Source of the DNA: Herpetosiphon giganteus
GTDB lineage: Bacteria > Chloroflexota > Chloroflexia > Chloroflexales > Herpetosiphonaceae
Reading direction: 5' to 3'
Length of the DNA stretch: 64,000 bases
Assembly (NCBI RefSeq): GCF_016907925.1
Contig: NZ_JAFBCZ010000018.1
Span: forward strand, 1-64,000
The position numbers and the translations under genes were made by a program. The notes beneath the pieces were generated by a model. The model worked only from the letters and a program-made list of their open reading frames with translations. It was not told the DNA's origin and did not search any database. Position 1 is the stretch's first letter, and each line of letters opens with the position of its first letter. Shown here one piece after another: positions 48,240-58,562 of this stretch.

Positions 48240-48698
48240 ATGCCAAAACTATTATGCATTAGCGCCAACGAATTGCTAAGCAGCGATCAAGCGACGACCT
48301 TTGCCTATGTTTGTCGGTTTGAAAATAACCGCGAGTGGTGGCTGCCGGTCACCCATACCCAACACATCAGCGGCGCAGGCGTTGGCGCAATCTACGAGGA
48401 ACACGCCAAAGTGGCGGGAATTCCGATGAAAATGCAGTTGAAAGTTTATCATTACGAGCCGCCAAAACAGATCAAATTCACTATTAGCTCGCCGTTAATG
48501 CAATCGGATATGGATTATCAGTTTGTGGTTGAGCCAGCAGGCACGCGATTAATCATTAGCACGGCGATTGATTTCAAGTGGTTTTTACGCCCATTTGCTC
48601 CGCTGATGCGTTCTGCATTAATTAAAGAAGCGAGCCAACATTTGAGCGTACTCAAGCGGGTTTTGGCCCAAAAAACTGCCCAAGCAAGCGGCCAATAA
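48240..48698 (+). CDS. SRPBCC (Bet v1-like/polyketide cyclase-like) family protein
   Basis: 152 aa; weak SRPBCC-like pattern. Confidence 0.5.
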   Translation: MPKLLCISANELLSSDQATTFAYVCRFENNREWWLPVTHTQHISGAGVGAIYEEHAKVAGIPMKMQLKVYHYEPPKQIKFTISSPLMQSDMDYQFVVEPAGTRLIISTAIDFKWFLRPFAPLMRSALIKEASQHLSVLKRVLAQKTAQASGQ

Positions 48699-48809
48699 GC
48701 TATTTTTTTGCTCGAAGCAGCCAAAGTTTATGGTATGCTATACAAAACTTAGACGCTGAGGTCAACGTTGTTGCTCGGCGTTTTTTGTTGTTGAAAGGAT
48801 AGTGGCGCA

Positions 48810-49250
48810 ATGGCGCGTACTGATCAAACCAATGAATCGGAAGTTTTAGCAGGTAGTAGTCGGGTTTTACGCTTTGCCTATTGTGTGCTGGCAATTTCGG
48901 CTGGCGTGCGAGCCTTGTTTCAAGTTGCCACCAAATTCAATCAAGCTCCACTGGCCTATAGCCTAACCACCATCGCCGCGTTGATTTATGGAATCGCTTT
49001 CTTGGGCTTTGGGCGACGCACCCCACAAGCATGGCGCGTGACCATAGCGGTATGTGCGGTTGAGCTTTTGGGCGTGATTACGGTCGGCATTTTGACCTTA
49101 ATCGAGCGCGATTGGTTTCCCAAGGATACGGTGTGGAGCGATTTTGGCATTGGCTATGGCTTTACACCATTACTCTTGCCCATCGCTGGGCTATGGTTAT
49201 TGCTGCGCCAAGAAACCCGCGAAGCCTATGGAGTCGCCAATAAATCCTGA
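48810..49250 (+). CDS. hypothetical membrane protein
   Basis: four hydrophobic segments. Confidence 0.5.
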   Translation: MARTDQTNESEVLAGSSRVLRFAYCVLAISAGVRALFQVATKFNQAPLAYSLTTIAALIYGIAFLGFGRRTPQAWRVTIAVCAVELLGVITVGILTLIERDWFPKDTVWSDFGIGYGFTPLLLPIAGLWLLLRQETREAYGVANKS

Positions 49251-50035
49251 ACCGCAGCCATAACCGCAGGCCATTCGCGGCTTGACGGATCGATTAATTC
49301 AAAATGATGGGCGTTTGGCAACGCTACCAAACGCGCCTCATCGCCAGCAGCCAGCGCTTGCTCAACATAGCTTTGGCTAATACCAAACGGGACTGGCCCG
49401 TCATCTGTGCCATGCAGCACAATTTGGGGCACGCCTAAGGGCAATAAGGCCGCTGGCGAAGCATCATGGTAGCGCTCAGGATAATCATCTGGCGAGCCGC
49501 CCAATAATTCTTGCACCGCTTGCTGGCTCAAACGCCGTTGATCAGCCAAGGCCAAATCGGCGACTCCCGCCAAACTAACTACGCCTTGTAAGCGCAATGG
49601 TTGGGCTTGCCAAAGTGGGCTGGTTGGGGCAAGTTTCGAGCGGGCAGCCAGCCATAAAGCCAAATGGCCACCAGCAGAATGGCCCAAGCTCAGCACACGT
49701 TGGGCATCAATCGGATAGGTTTGGGCCAACTGAGGCACAAAATCGGCAGCTTGGGCGACATCGAAAAAGGTATTGGGCCAACCACCGCCATTGCCAACCC
49801 GCCGATATTCGATATTCCACGTCGCATAGCCAAGCACAGTCAGTGCAGCACAAACGTGGCCAATATGCTCAAGGTCATAGCGAGCGCGCCAAAAACCTCC
49901 ATGGACAACGATGACCACAGGAAATGGCCCATTGCCAGCTGGCAAGCGCAAATCGCCAAATTGCAATGGATCGGCAGCATACCAAATTCGCTGATCAGCA
50001 GGCGGCGCAGCCTGAGCCAAAATCGAATCACTCAT
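49226..50035 (-). CDS. alpha/beta hydrolase (esterase/lipase type)
   Basis: VHGGFW oxyanion motif; GHSAGGHLA nucleophile elbow. Confidence 0.8.
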   Translation of the reverse strand: MSDSILAQAAPPADQRIWYAADPLQFGDLRLPAGNGPFPVVIVVHGGFWRARYDLEHIGHVCAALTVLGYATWNIEYRRVGNGGGWPNTFFDVAQAADFVPQLAQTYPIDAQRVLSLGHSAGGHLALWLAARSKLAPTSPLWQAQPLRLQGVVSLAGVADLALADQRRLSQQAVQELLGGSPDDYPERYHDASPAALLPLGVPQIVLHGTDDGPVPFGISQSYVEQALAAGDEARLVALPNAHHFELIDPSSREWPAVMAAVQDLLATP

Positions 50036-50192
50036 CGGCTATTCCTAAATGCTTAAGAAATACATACTTGTTAATAAAGTTTTAAAGGCGAATAGGACTG
50101 TTGGCCTATAGTCAATTAGCGCTTAGCATAGCACGATCTACCCATTATTTCCATTTAACTGCCATGTTTGCAGTCACGGAGGAGTGTCTGGT

Positions 50193-51932
50193 ATGTTCAT
50201 TCGAAGGATGATGTTTGTTCTGCTCGTTATTTTTAGCCTGAGCACAGTTTCGGCAAAGCCGCTCGAAACCAACGACCCTGAAGCCCCTGTCGTCGCAAGC
50301 CCAGCCGCAACCAATGCCTACAACATGCGCGCTGGCTTCCCAGCAACCAAGCCCAATGGCTCCTATTTTTCGTCGCCAACCGTGGTCGATTTGTTTAACG
50401 ATGGCTCGCCGGAAATTCTCTCCGCCGATGCAACTGGCTGTATTTGGGGCCATAACATCTATGGCCAAGTGCTGCCTGGCTTCCCATGGATGACTGGCGG
50501 CGCATGTGCCAACACGCCACGGGTCAATGGCTCGTTGGTGGTCGCCGATATTAACCAAGATGGCTTGCTGGAAATTGTGGTTGGCACGCGCGGCAAAGGC
50601 ACTGCTGTCGGTCAACGTGGCAAGGTAATTGTCTATCAACGCAACGGTGCAATCCTAAGCGGCTGGCCCAAAGAGATGGATTGGGCCTACATCACCAATG
50701 GCAATTTCCCCGAAGTTGTGCACGTGGCAGTTGCCGATATTATTGGCGATGGCAAACTTGAGGTGATTGCAACCACAACCAACGAAGCTGGTAGCAACAC
50801 CAATTTTGCGCCAAATGTCTATGCCTGGTATTCCAACGGTACTGCGGTTACAGGCTATCCCCAAAGTGCCGAAAAAGGCTCGGGCATTTGGGGCCACCCA
50901 GCTTTGGCCGACATCGATAACAATGGCTATTCGGAAATTTTGGTTGGCCGCGATGAAATCTATTTCTATCGCTACAACAGTAATGGGGCACAATATCCAG
51001 GCTGGCCAATTCGTACCTATACCAACGTCAATCAAACTACTTGGAATGTCCACGATTATCTGGAATTTACCCGCTCTGGGCCAGCAGTCGCCGACTTAGA
51101 TGGCGATGGCAGTTACGAGGTTATTGCAGCAGGCAAAGTGCGGACTCCCGACGGCTTGCCCAATAATAACTATGACCCCCAAATTGCCAGCGCGGTAATT
51201 GTGACCGAGCCAAACGGCACCCGTCGCGCAGGCTGGACTGATGCCAAACGGGCTGGCGCGCCCTTGGATGTGAACTTCACTCCAAATAATCCGATTGTCG
51301 TTGCCGATTTGGATGGCGATGGCATCAAAGAATTTGTCGTGACCTTCGACGATGGCACGATTCGCGCCTATCGCGAAAATGGGGTTCAAATGTGGTCGTT
51401 CTTCTATGCCCAAGAGCCTGTTGCTGGCGCGCCAACCCGCAAAGTCTTTGGCAGCGAAGTCACGATTGCCGATGTAACTGGCGATCGCAAAATCGACATT
51501 GTGTTTGGAACCTATTCATTTGATCGCGTTTATGCGGGAATTGTGGGGCTGTACGCGCTCGATGCGCGGACTGGAACCTTACACAGCGGCTTTCCGTTAT
51601 CGTTGCCTAATGAAGGCCCATCGAACGATAATACTGCTGGCTCGCAAAAAGGCATTCAAGCTGCACCAACCATCGCCGATATTGACAACAATTGTTATGT
51701 TGAGATTTTGGCCCATAGCCGAGCTGGCAATATTTATGTTTGGGAAACCCCAGGCCGTAATTTGCCCGAATTAATGCCTTGGCCAATGAGCCGCAAAGAC
51801 TTGCAGCGTACCGCATGGGTCAAAAACCCTGCGCCAGAAGCACCACGCCAACAGGTATATGCTCCAGAGCAACTGCAAGGTGGCGATTTCAAGGCCTATT
51901 TGCCCATTACGCGCACAGGCTGCGATTTCTAA
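50193..51932 (+). CDS. secreted FG-GAP/VCBS-repeat beta-propeller protein
   Basis: signal peptide; repeated ADINQDGLLEIVVG, ADLDGDGSYEVIAAG, ADLDGDGIKEFVV, ADVTGDRKIDIVFG Ca-binding FG-GAP blades; ATG 50193 after GGAGGAG. Confidence 0.8.
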   Translation: MFIRRMMFVLLVIFSLSTVSAKPLETNDPEAPVVASPAATNAYNMRAGFPATKPNGSYFSSPTVVDLFNDGSPEILSADATGCIWGHNIYGQVLPGFPWMTGGACANTPRVNGSLVVADINQDGLLEIVVGTRGKGTAVGQRGKVIVYQRNGAILSGWPKEMDWAYITNGNFPEVVHVAVADIIGDGKLEVIATTTNEAGSNTNFAPNVYAWYSNGTAVTGYPQSAEKGSGIWGHPALADIDNNGYSEILVGRDEIYFYRYNSNGAQYPGWPIRTYTNVNQTTWNVHDYLEFTRSGPAVADLDGDGSYEVIAAGKVRTPDGLPNNNYDPQIASAVIVTEPNGTRRAGWTDAKRAGAPLDVNFTPNNPIVVADLDGDGIKEFVVTFDDGTIRAYRENGVQMWSFFYAQEPVAGAPTRKVFGSEVTIADVTGDRKIDIVFGTYSFDRVYAGIVGLYALDARTGTLHSGFPLSLPNEGPSNDNTAGSQKGIQAAPTIADIDNNCYVEILAHSRAGNIYVWETPGRNLPELMPWPMSRKDLQRTAWVKNPAPEAPRQQVYAPEQLQGGDFKAYLPITRTGCDF

Positions 51933-51942
51933 ATTCAGCGCC

Positions 51943-51980
51943 AGCGCAGGGATGGTTGAGCCATCCCTGCGCTTTTTTTA
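51943..51980. terminator. rho-independent terminator (CAGCGCAGGGATGG..CCATCCCTGCGC followed by T7), shared by convergent genes
   Basis: read directly after the FG-GAP gene stop; the T-run overlaps the minus-strand stop codon. Confidence 0.75.
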
Positions 51981-52691
51981 TTGCAATGGAATACTGGGAT
52001 CGATTTTGTAGCTTTGGACAATCCGTTGCAGGTCGGGCTGCAAGCTCTCGAATTGCTCAAGCGGCACCAAAATCTGAATCATGCTAAGATAATTGCCATC
52101 GCGGCGCACATAACCATCGCCACTCACCGCCAGCAAGCTTTGACTATCAATAAAGCTATATGAAACATAGGTTGTGCCATCTGCTTGCTTAACTGGCTGA
52201 TCAAGATTAAACTCCGCCGAATCACTCACGATTTGGCTAATAGTATCGTTTAAAAACTCTTCCTCATTCGTAATCAAGTTTTGGCTATCATCAACCACCA
52301 GCAATTGAATAAACGCTTGTTCGAAGGGTTCACCCCAAATCAGCACATCATTGCCAGCATTAACACCCTTGCGCATTTGCCAATCGCTTGGTACATCAAT
52401 TGAAAAGGCCTTGGTTGGATTCGTGTAGGTTTGCAGCTCGTCAATCACGATAAAGGCTGTACTATCGCCTGGCACATTTGCCAAATCGTCAGTGGTTGGG
52501 GTCACTTGTGGACGTGGAGCAACTGTCGCTGGAATGGTTGGGGTGGCCGATGGCACGAGCAACACTGGCTCAGCAGTAGCCGTCGCTGTGGCTGCTTGGG
52601 CAACTTGCGCAGTTGGTGGCACAGTTGTGGCCGTCGCGCCCCCACAAGCGACCAAACTAAAGATCACGAGAAAATAGCCAATAAACCGCAT
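51978..52691 (-). CDS. hypothetical lipoprotein with Thr/Ala/Pro-rich linker
   Basis: MRFIGYFLVIFSLVACGG lipobox; GGAGT RBS. Confidence 0.65.
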   Translation of the reverse strand: MRFIGYFLVIFSLVACGGATATTVPPTAQVAQAATATATAEPVLLVPSATPTIPATVAPRPQVTPTTDDLANVPGDSTAFIVIDELQTYTNPTKAFSIDVPSDWQMRKGVNAGNDVLIWGEPFEQAFIQLLVVDDSQNLITNEEEFLNDTISQIVSDSAEFNLDQPVKQADGTTYVSYSFIDSQSLLAVSGDGYVRRDGNYLSMIQILVPLEQFESLQPDLQRIVQSYKIDPSIPLQ

Positions 52692-52753
52692 AGATACTCC
52701 TTCCGACCAACGTGGTCGGCTCAATGACGGTTTAGAGTGTACTCGATTTTGGC

Positions 52754-53593
52754 TTAGGCTAATTCGCCGCGTTGCCACAGTGCCAATTGCTGCAATTCTT
52801 CGTAATAATCAGCCACGCAGGCAATTCCTGCCTGAATGCCATCATCAAGGTGCAATAAATCGGCCATACTCATGCGATTCACATCGGGGCTAAATAGCAG
52901 ATCGGGCGGGGTTTCACGCAAGCGTTGCAAGGTAATTTGATGCACCATAATGCCAATCGCCCGTTCAGCCAAGGCCAATTGGGTGAGTGGAACCCAACGC
53001 CGCCACGAAAAAAGGCTACTTTGGGCAGCACTACTGACCTCGAATTGATCAAATTCGCCAATGAGATTGACCGCAATCACTCGTTCGGCCCCAAGTTGGC
53101 GAGTTATGTCAATTGGCAAATTGTTGCGAATGCCGCCATCGGCCAAAATATATTTATCGATGCGGCGCGGCGGAAACACGCCAGGCACGGCAGCACTCGC
53201 CAGCGCTGCTTCAACCAACGAGCCACGTTGCAACACAATCTCATGGCCGGTTACCAAATCAACCGCCACCGCTGCATAGGGAATTGGCAAATCCTCAATT
53301 AACTGGTCGCCCAATAATTCACTGAGCACGCCAGCCAATTTTTCCGAGCCAATCAAGCCCCAGCTAGCCGGATCGAGGCTGAGAATGCGGCGCAACGGAG
53401 TTGAGCGAAAAGCTTGCTCGATGGTTCTCGCATTGTAGCCCGCCGCCACAACTGCGCCAATAATTGCACCAATGCTGGTTCCGGTCACCATATCTGGTTG
53501 AATGCCAACTCGTTCTAGCTCGTGCAGCACGCCGATATGTGCGCTGCCTTTGCCGCCGCCGCCGCCAAGGCACAAGCCGATTGTCCGTTGCAT
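52754..53593 (-). CDS. patatin-like phospholipase
   Basis: GGGGKG oxyanion loop, GTSIG nucleophile elbow, DGG catalytic Asp motif. Confidence 0.85.
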   Translation of the reverse strand: MQRTIGLCLGGGGGKGSAHIGVLHELERVGIQPDMVTGTSIGAIIGAVVAAGYNARTIEQAFRSTPLRRILSLDPASWGLIGSEKLAGVLSELLGDQLIEDLPIPYAAVAVDLVTGHEIVLQRGSLVEAALASAAVPGVFPPRRIDKYILADGGIRNNLPIDITRQLGAERVIAVNLIGEFDQFEVSSAAQSSLFSWRRWVPLTQLALAERAIGIMVHQITLQRLRETPPDLLFSPDVNRMSMADLLHLDDGIQAGIACVADYYEELQQLALWQRGELA

Positions 53594-53885
53594 GGCGCTA
53601 CTCCTGAATGTAAATGACGCACTGCGTTATAGTATATCACGTTAATTTAGCGGTCAGGGATCAGAACAGTTACAGAAACCGCGAAGGACACGAAGATCGC
53701 GAAGATTAAGTTTTTCGCCACAGATTCTTGTTCCCATAGCCTATAGCCTGATTCCCTCACCCCCAGCCCCTCTCCCACTGGACGCGGGCGAGGGGTGTTC
53801 GTTTCTTGGTTCTCGTCTCAATCGTGGCGAAATTGCCTTCATCCTTCATCCTTCATCCCTCATCCCTCATCCCTCGCTACCCCTC
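53594..53885. repeat. mosaic repeat island E in a divergent promoter region
   Basis: CGCGAAGGACACGAAGATCGCGAAG, TTTTTCGCCACAGATTC, motif P CTCACCCCCAGCCCCTCTCCCACTGGACGCGGGCGAGGGG, CATCCTTCATCCTTCATCCCTCATCCCTCATCCCTC. Confidence 0.85.
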
Positions 53886-53966
53886 ATGGTTACCCTATCG
53901 TGGCAATTGTGCAATCTTAATAACTCTGTTACTGTTTTGAGTAACGCTATTATGTGGAGAGTCTGG

Positions 53967-54908
53967 CATATGTCTTCAGCATCAGGATCGCAGCTTGACA
54001 ATGCTGACCGAACCGAGACACTGCAAGAGCTAGGGCTACTTGATGTTTCTTTCGACCCAGCCTTTGATCGATTGACCCGCTTAGCAAGCAAGGTGCTGCA
54101 AGCACCAGTTTCATTACTTTCGTTAGTTGAACATCATCGCCAATATTTCAAAAGCCATGTTGGCTTGGGCGAGCCTTGGGCCGAGCGCCGCGAAACACCC
54201 TTGAGCCATTCATTTTGTCAACATGTCGTCAGCAATGGCAGTGAGTTGATCGTTACCGATGCCCGCGAACATCCTTTAGTTCACGATAACCTTGCCATCC
54301 CCGATTTGGGTGTAATTAGCTATGCTGGCATGCCGATTCGCAGCGATGGTCATGTGCTTGGCGCGTTCTGTGTGATCGATAGCAAACCACGAGTTTGGAC
54401 AGCTGACGAACTTGATATTTTGCACGAATTTGCTGAATTGTTGATGACCGAGCTTAAGTTGCGCCAAGAAATTCGCACCCATCAACACGATATTCGCGAG
54501 CGCGAGCGGCTGCAAACCGAGATTATCAGCCTGCAACAAAACTTGCTCGATGAGCTTTCAACGCCGTTGATTCCGCTCAATGATCAAGTGTTGGTTGCAC
54601 CCTTGATTGGCGCACTCGATCAGCAACGGGCGCAACGGATGACCGAGGCGGTCTTATCGGGGGTTGGCAAATATCGCGCCGATTTTGTGATTCTCGATAT
54701 TACGGGCGTGCCAGTCTTGGATACTTATGTGGCTTCGTTGTTGGTACAAACCTCGCAAGCAATTCAGCTGCTTGGGGCGCGCATGGTGCTGACTGGCTTG
54801 CGGCCTGAAATTGCCCAAACCATCGTCAGCGTGGGCCTTGATTTGCGCAGTGTTGTGACCTATAGCACGCTGCAACAAGGCATCGAATATACCTTTCGGC
54901 GTAAATAA
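53967..54908 (+). CDS. GAF domain - STAS domain fusion protein (anti-sigma-antagonist-like output)
   Basis: N-terminal GAF (FDRLTRLASKVLQAPVSLLSLVE...GAFCVID); C-terminal STAS (LIPLNDQVLVAPLIGALD...ILDITGVPVLD); ATG 53967 after GGAGAG. Confidence 0.75.
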   Translation, partial: HMSSASGSQLDNADRTETLQELGLLDVSFDPAFDRLTRLASKVLQAPVSLLSLVEHHRQYFKSHVGLGEPWAERRETPLSHSFCQHVVSNGSELIVTDAREHPLVHDNLAIPDLGVISYAGMPIRSDGHVLGAFCVIDSKPRVWTADELDILHEFAELLMTELKLRQEIRTHQHDIRERERLQTEIISLQQNLLDELSTPLIPLNDQVLVAPLIGALDQQRAQRMTEAVLSGVGKYRADFVILDITGVPVLDTYVASLLVQTSQAIQLLGARMVLTGLRPEIAQTIVSVGLDLRSVVTYSTLQQGIEYTFRRK

Positions 54909-54918
54909 TGAGTTTCTT

Positions 54919-54957
54919 CAAAAAACGGCGGAGCACAAACTCCGCCGTTTTTCGTTT
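54919..54957. terminator. bidirectional rho-independent terminator (A-run, AACGGCGGAG..CTCCGCCGTT, T-run)
   Basis: sits between the convergent GAF-STAS and murJ genes. Confidence 0.8.
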
Positions 54958-56536
54958 ACGCAGCTTTGCGTTTGAATTTACGTTGCAGGGCTTCGCTGAA
55001 AAATTGCAGCGCATCGAGTTTGAGCCACCACAATAAGCCCAAATAGATTAAGCCACTGCCGCCGCCCGCCACAATCAGCACCAACAGCGCATTCAATTTG
55101 CTCGGTGTGGTTGGCAACAATTGCAGTAAACCCCAACATGCTGCGGCCATGACCAAGGCCGCCATGGCTATTTTGGCGACAGCGAGCAGCATGGCTTGGC
55201 CATCAAAAACCCGTAAGCGCCGATGGGCCACGACCGCCATCACCAAGGCGTGAATCGTTAATTGAGCCACATTGCCAGCAATCAGGCCATACATGCCCCA
55301 ATGGCGATAGCTCAAACCAGCCACCAAAAAGTAGCTGGCAATCGCCGGAGCTTGCACCAAATTGGGCAACAAGGTGTTTTTGCGAGCATAAAAAGCGAAA
55401 ATTAATGGCTGATCGATTGCCGCCGCCAGCATACTTGGCAAATATGCCAGCAACACCAGCGCTGTAACCCGAGTATTTTCTGGGCTAAACTTGCCACCTT
55501 CAAACAAAATCCGCAGCACAGACTCGCCCAGCAAGCCAAAAATCACCAACATCGGCACAATCAGCAGCAACACCACTTTTAGCCCAATGCCTAAGATGCG
55601 GCGAAACCCTGCTTCATCGCCGTCGCTGTTGAGCCGCGCGAGGGTTGGCAAAATCGCAATTGAGATGGCCGCTGAAACTAAGCCCAAGGCAAATTGAATA
55701 AAGGTTGTGGCATTACGCATATACGAGGCCGATAGATCATCAATGCTGCCTGCCAGTTGGCGATCAATCAAGGTGCCAACAAACGAGAAGCTAATGCCTA
55801 ACGCAACTGGCGCATACAGTAAGCCAATGCGGCGCACGCCTGGGTGGCGCAAACGCAACATCGGGCGCAAGCGGGCAGCGCGCAAGGCTGGCAATTGTAA
55901 GCCAACTTGGGCCAAGGCTCCAGCCACCATCGCCCAACCCAACACCCGCGCATCCTGCGGCCAAAACCAAATCAGCACAATCAAGGCCAAATTAAACACG
56001 GTCGAGGTAAAGGCAGGCAACGAAAAACGCCGTTGAGCTTGCAATAAGCCAGTTAGCACGCCCGACAAGCACATAAAAACCACGGCGATGACCATGGAAT
56101 GCAACATCGATACGCCAAGGCTGAGCATGGTTGGGTTAGCAACAATTTTAGAAGCCAGTACCTGATTAATCGGCTCAGCAAAGAGCCAAACCAACCCACC
56201 CAAAACCCCCAAAACAAGGCTGAGCATAGTCAAAATCGTGTTGATAATTTGCCACAAATCGCCATCGTCCTGCTGATCGATGTAATCGCTGAGCACCGGA
56301 ACGAGGGCTGCGCTGACCAAGCCACCAACCAAAAAATCGTAGAGCTGGGTGGGCACGGCGCTGAGCAACGAATAGAGGCTGGTTTCTGCGCCAACCCCAA
56401 AATTATGATTGATAACTTTATCGCGGACGAGGCCAAGGATGCGGCTGGCAAAATTGCCAACCATTAATAACAAAGCGGCTAGCGCAATACTGCGGCCAGC
56501 CGTTGCTTGGGCTTTGGTTTCGAGTTTGGTGTTCAT
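54956..56536 (-). CDS. murJ: lipid II flippase MurJ/MviN
   Basis: N-terminus GNFASRILGLVRDKVINHNFG; 14-TM profile; 526 aa. Confidence 0.85.
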   Translation of the reverse strand: MNTKLETKAQATAGRSIALAALLLMVGNFASRILGLVRDKVINHNFGVGAETSLYSLLSAVPTQLYDFLVGGLVSAALVPVLSDYIDQQDDGDLWQIINTILTMLSLVLGVLGGLVWLFAEPINQVLASKIVANPTMLSLGVSMLHSMVIAVVFMCLSGVLTGLLQAQRRFSLPAFTSTVFNLALIVLIWFWPQDARVLGWAMVAGALAQVGLQLPALRAARLRPMLRLRHPGVRRIGLLYAPVALGISFSFVGTLIDRQLAGSIDDLSASYMRNATTFIQFALGLVSAAISIAILPTLARLNSDGDEAGFRRILGIGLKVVLLLIVPMLVIFGLLGESVLRILFEGGKFSPENTRVTALVLLAYLPSMLAAAIDQPLIFAFYARKNTLLPNLVQAPAIASYFLVAGLSYRHWGMYGLIAGNVAQLTIHALVMAVVAHRRLRVFDGQAMLLAVAKIAMAALVMAAACWGLLQLLPTTPSKLNALLVLIVAGGGSGLIYLGLLWWLKLDALQFFSEALQRKFKRKAA

Positions 56537-57249
56537 GCAAAAAGTGTCGTTTCTGGCTGATCGTTCAATCCGAACGAAGGATAGACGCGATGTAAATAGG
56601 CAGTATTAAACCAATCATAATTGTCGAGAAATTGTTGCCAATCGTGGCGCTGGGTGGCATGGGCATCTAAAGCTGCGCGCTTGGTTTCGGCAAACTCACT
56701 CACATCAATAATCGTGGTTGCAGGCAAAGGGTCGGGAAAATCACCGCTACTCGCAGCGTTGATCACGCGATCGCTGCCTGGCGCGACACTTTGATAATAT
56801 AAGCGCGGCTGTTCGCTACTTGGATTCAAGGCCATATATTGCGCAAAAGCTTGGGTTGTGGCCATGCTAATTGCAATATGGTCGGGGTGGCCATAAATTC
56901 CATCGGGGCCAAAGGTCAAGACAATTTCTGGCTGCTCTGCATTCAGCACTTCGACAATCTTATCGCGCAATTCGGTGGCATTTGCCAAAGCCAAGCCACC
57001 ATCGGGATAATCCCAAACGATGCTGCGATCGACCCCAATTGCTTGACATGCTTGATGCAGCTCCTCTAGGCGCACCGATCCCAAGTGTTCAGGATCGATT
57101 TCCAGCTCAGGGCTTATATCGCCGCGTTCGCCATGAGTTGCAGTGATAATCACAACCCGATAGCCAGCAGCACGGGCTTGGGCGAGCACACCAACAGGGC
57201 CAAAAGCTTCATCATCGGGGTGCGCCCAAACAGAAAGAATGGTTGGCAT
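56533..57249 (-). CDS. PIG-L/LmbE family N-acetylglucosaminyl deacetylase (BshB/MshB-like)
   Basis: AHPDDE motif at the N-terminus; HxDH-type motif (HPDH). Confidence 0.8.
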   Translation of the reverse strand: MPTILSVWAHPDDEAFGPVGVLAQARAAGYRVVIITATHGERGDISPELEIDPEHLGSVRLEELHQACQAIGVDRSIVWDYPDGGLALANATELRDKIVEVLNAEQPEIVLTFGPDGIYGHPDHIAISMATTQAFAQYMALNPSSEQPRLYYQSVAPGSDRVINAASSGDFPDPLPATTIIDVSEFAETKRAALDAHATQRHDWQQFLDNYDWFNTAYLHRVYPSFGLNDQPETTLFA

Positions 57250-57267
57250 AGTTTCGATAGTCCTCGA

Positions 57268-57942
57268 CTAAGCAGGCTCGATTAAATTCAAATCAAAAAT
57301 ACGCGCAAAAATCTCAATAATTCGTTGTTGCACATCGCTCAACGCTGGCGCGACCGGCAACAGCTCGGCCAACGACGTTACGCCATAATCGTGAATGCCG
57401 CAAGGCACAATCGCTGCAAAATCATCCAAATTGGTCGTAACATTCAGGGCAAAGCCATGCGAGGTAACGCCACGGGTGTTGGAGCGCACGCCAATCGCGG
57501 CAATTTTGCGATCGCCAACCCAAACCCCAGTATAGCCAGGAAAGCGCCGCGCACTCAAGCCATATTCAGCCAGCAGCTCAATAATCACTTCTTCAAGCAT
57601 GCGCAGATATTGGTGTAAATCGCGGCCATGATCGCGAATTTGCAAAATTGGGTAGCCCACCAACTGGCCTGGGCCATGATAGGTAATATCGCCGCCGCGA
57701 TCAACCTCGATCAGGGCTGCGCCGCGTTGTTGCAAACTTTCGGGGCTGACCAACAAGTGTTCGTGGCCGCCAGAACGCCCAATCGTGTAGGTTGCTGGAT
57801 GTTCCAACAACACCAAGGTATCAGGAATGGTTTCGGCACTGCGTTGGCTCACTAAATGGCGTTGTAATTCCCAAGCAGCTTGATAATCGAGCATGCCGAG
57901 AATTTGCACATCCAATTGGCGTTGAGCTTGTTGAATCGTCAT
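57268..57942 (-). CDS. lipB: lipoyl(octanoyl) transferase
   Basis: LGMLDYQAAWELQ...LLEHPATYTIG...GGDITYHGPGQLVGY...K.AA.G conserved LipB blocks. Confidence 0.85.
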   Translation of the reverse strand: MTIQQAQRQLDVQILGMLDYQAAWELQRHLVSQRSAETIPDTLVLLEHPATYTIGRSGGHEHLLVSPESLQQRGAALIEVDRGGDITYHGPGQLVGYPILQIRDHGRDLHQYLRMLEEVIIELLAEYGLSARRFPGYTGVWVGDRKIAAIGVRSNTRGVTSHGFALNVTTNLDDFAAIVPCGIHDYGVTSLAELLPVAPALSDVQQRIIEIFARIFDLNLIEPA

Positions 57943-58373
57943 AAAGGCATCAAACTAATCATATCGCCGCCGAATGGTGATGGTTGGCTAAGCCGACTAC
58001 CATAGGTCGCAGGCTCGCTCGCCGCCCAATCTGCATAATCAGCGCTATATTGACCATTAAAGTAGACATGCACCACTTGGTTGTGGGTTACACGGCTCAT
58101 CGCATCCCACACTTCATTATCATCATCGGAATAGGCCACCAACATCGCGCGCTCAGGTGCAAATTCATCTTCCTCTGGCGGAATCACCAAGCCAAGCCAT
58201 TGATTCGGATAGCGGGCTTCGATGGTTTCGATGGCTTCGGTATGGCCGCGAGTTTCCATCGCGGTATATGGGCAACCACAATTGCAACTCACGCCACATT
58301 CGGCGGTGCCACATTTGCCGGTTGAAACGCGTCCGCCGTGGTCGGCAGTGGTTAATTGGATTAAAACAGGCAT
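57939..58373 (-). CDS. hypothetical Cys-rich small protein, translationally coupled to lipB
   Basis: CGTAECGVSCNCGCP cluster; ATGA overlap with the lipB start. Confidence 0.55.
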   Translation of the reverse strand: MPVLIQLTTADHGGRVSTGKCGTAECGVSCNCGCPYTAMETRGHTEAIETIEARYPNQWLGLVIPPEEDEFAPERAMLVAYSDDDNEVWDAMSRVTHNQVVHVYFNGQYSADYADWAASEPATYGSRLSQPSPFGGDMISLMPL

Positions 58374-58562
58374 AGGTTAAACTCACAAGTTGAGAACAAA
58401 CGCTCTGCGAGCATGATAGCACAATCAAGTTATTTGCACCCAAATCGCTAGCAATTGAGGAATTTCTGCTATACTAGCACGCTAGTTAGCCGCACATTTC
58501 GCGCAAACCTAGTTGCTTATGCTCCGTCAATGCCAAGCAATTCAGCGGAGGTACGATAAACA

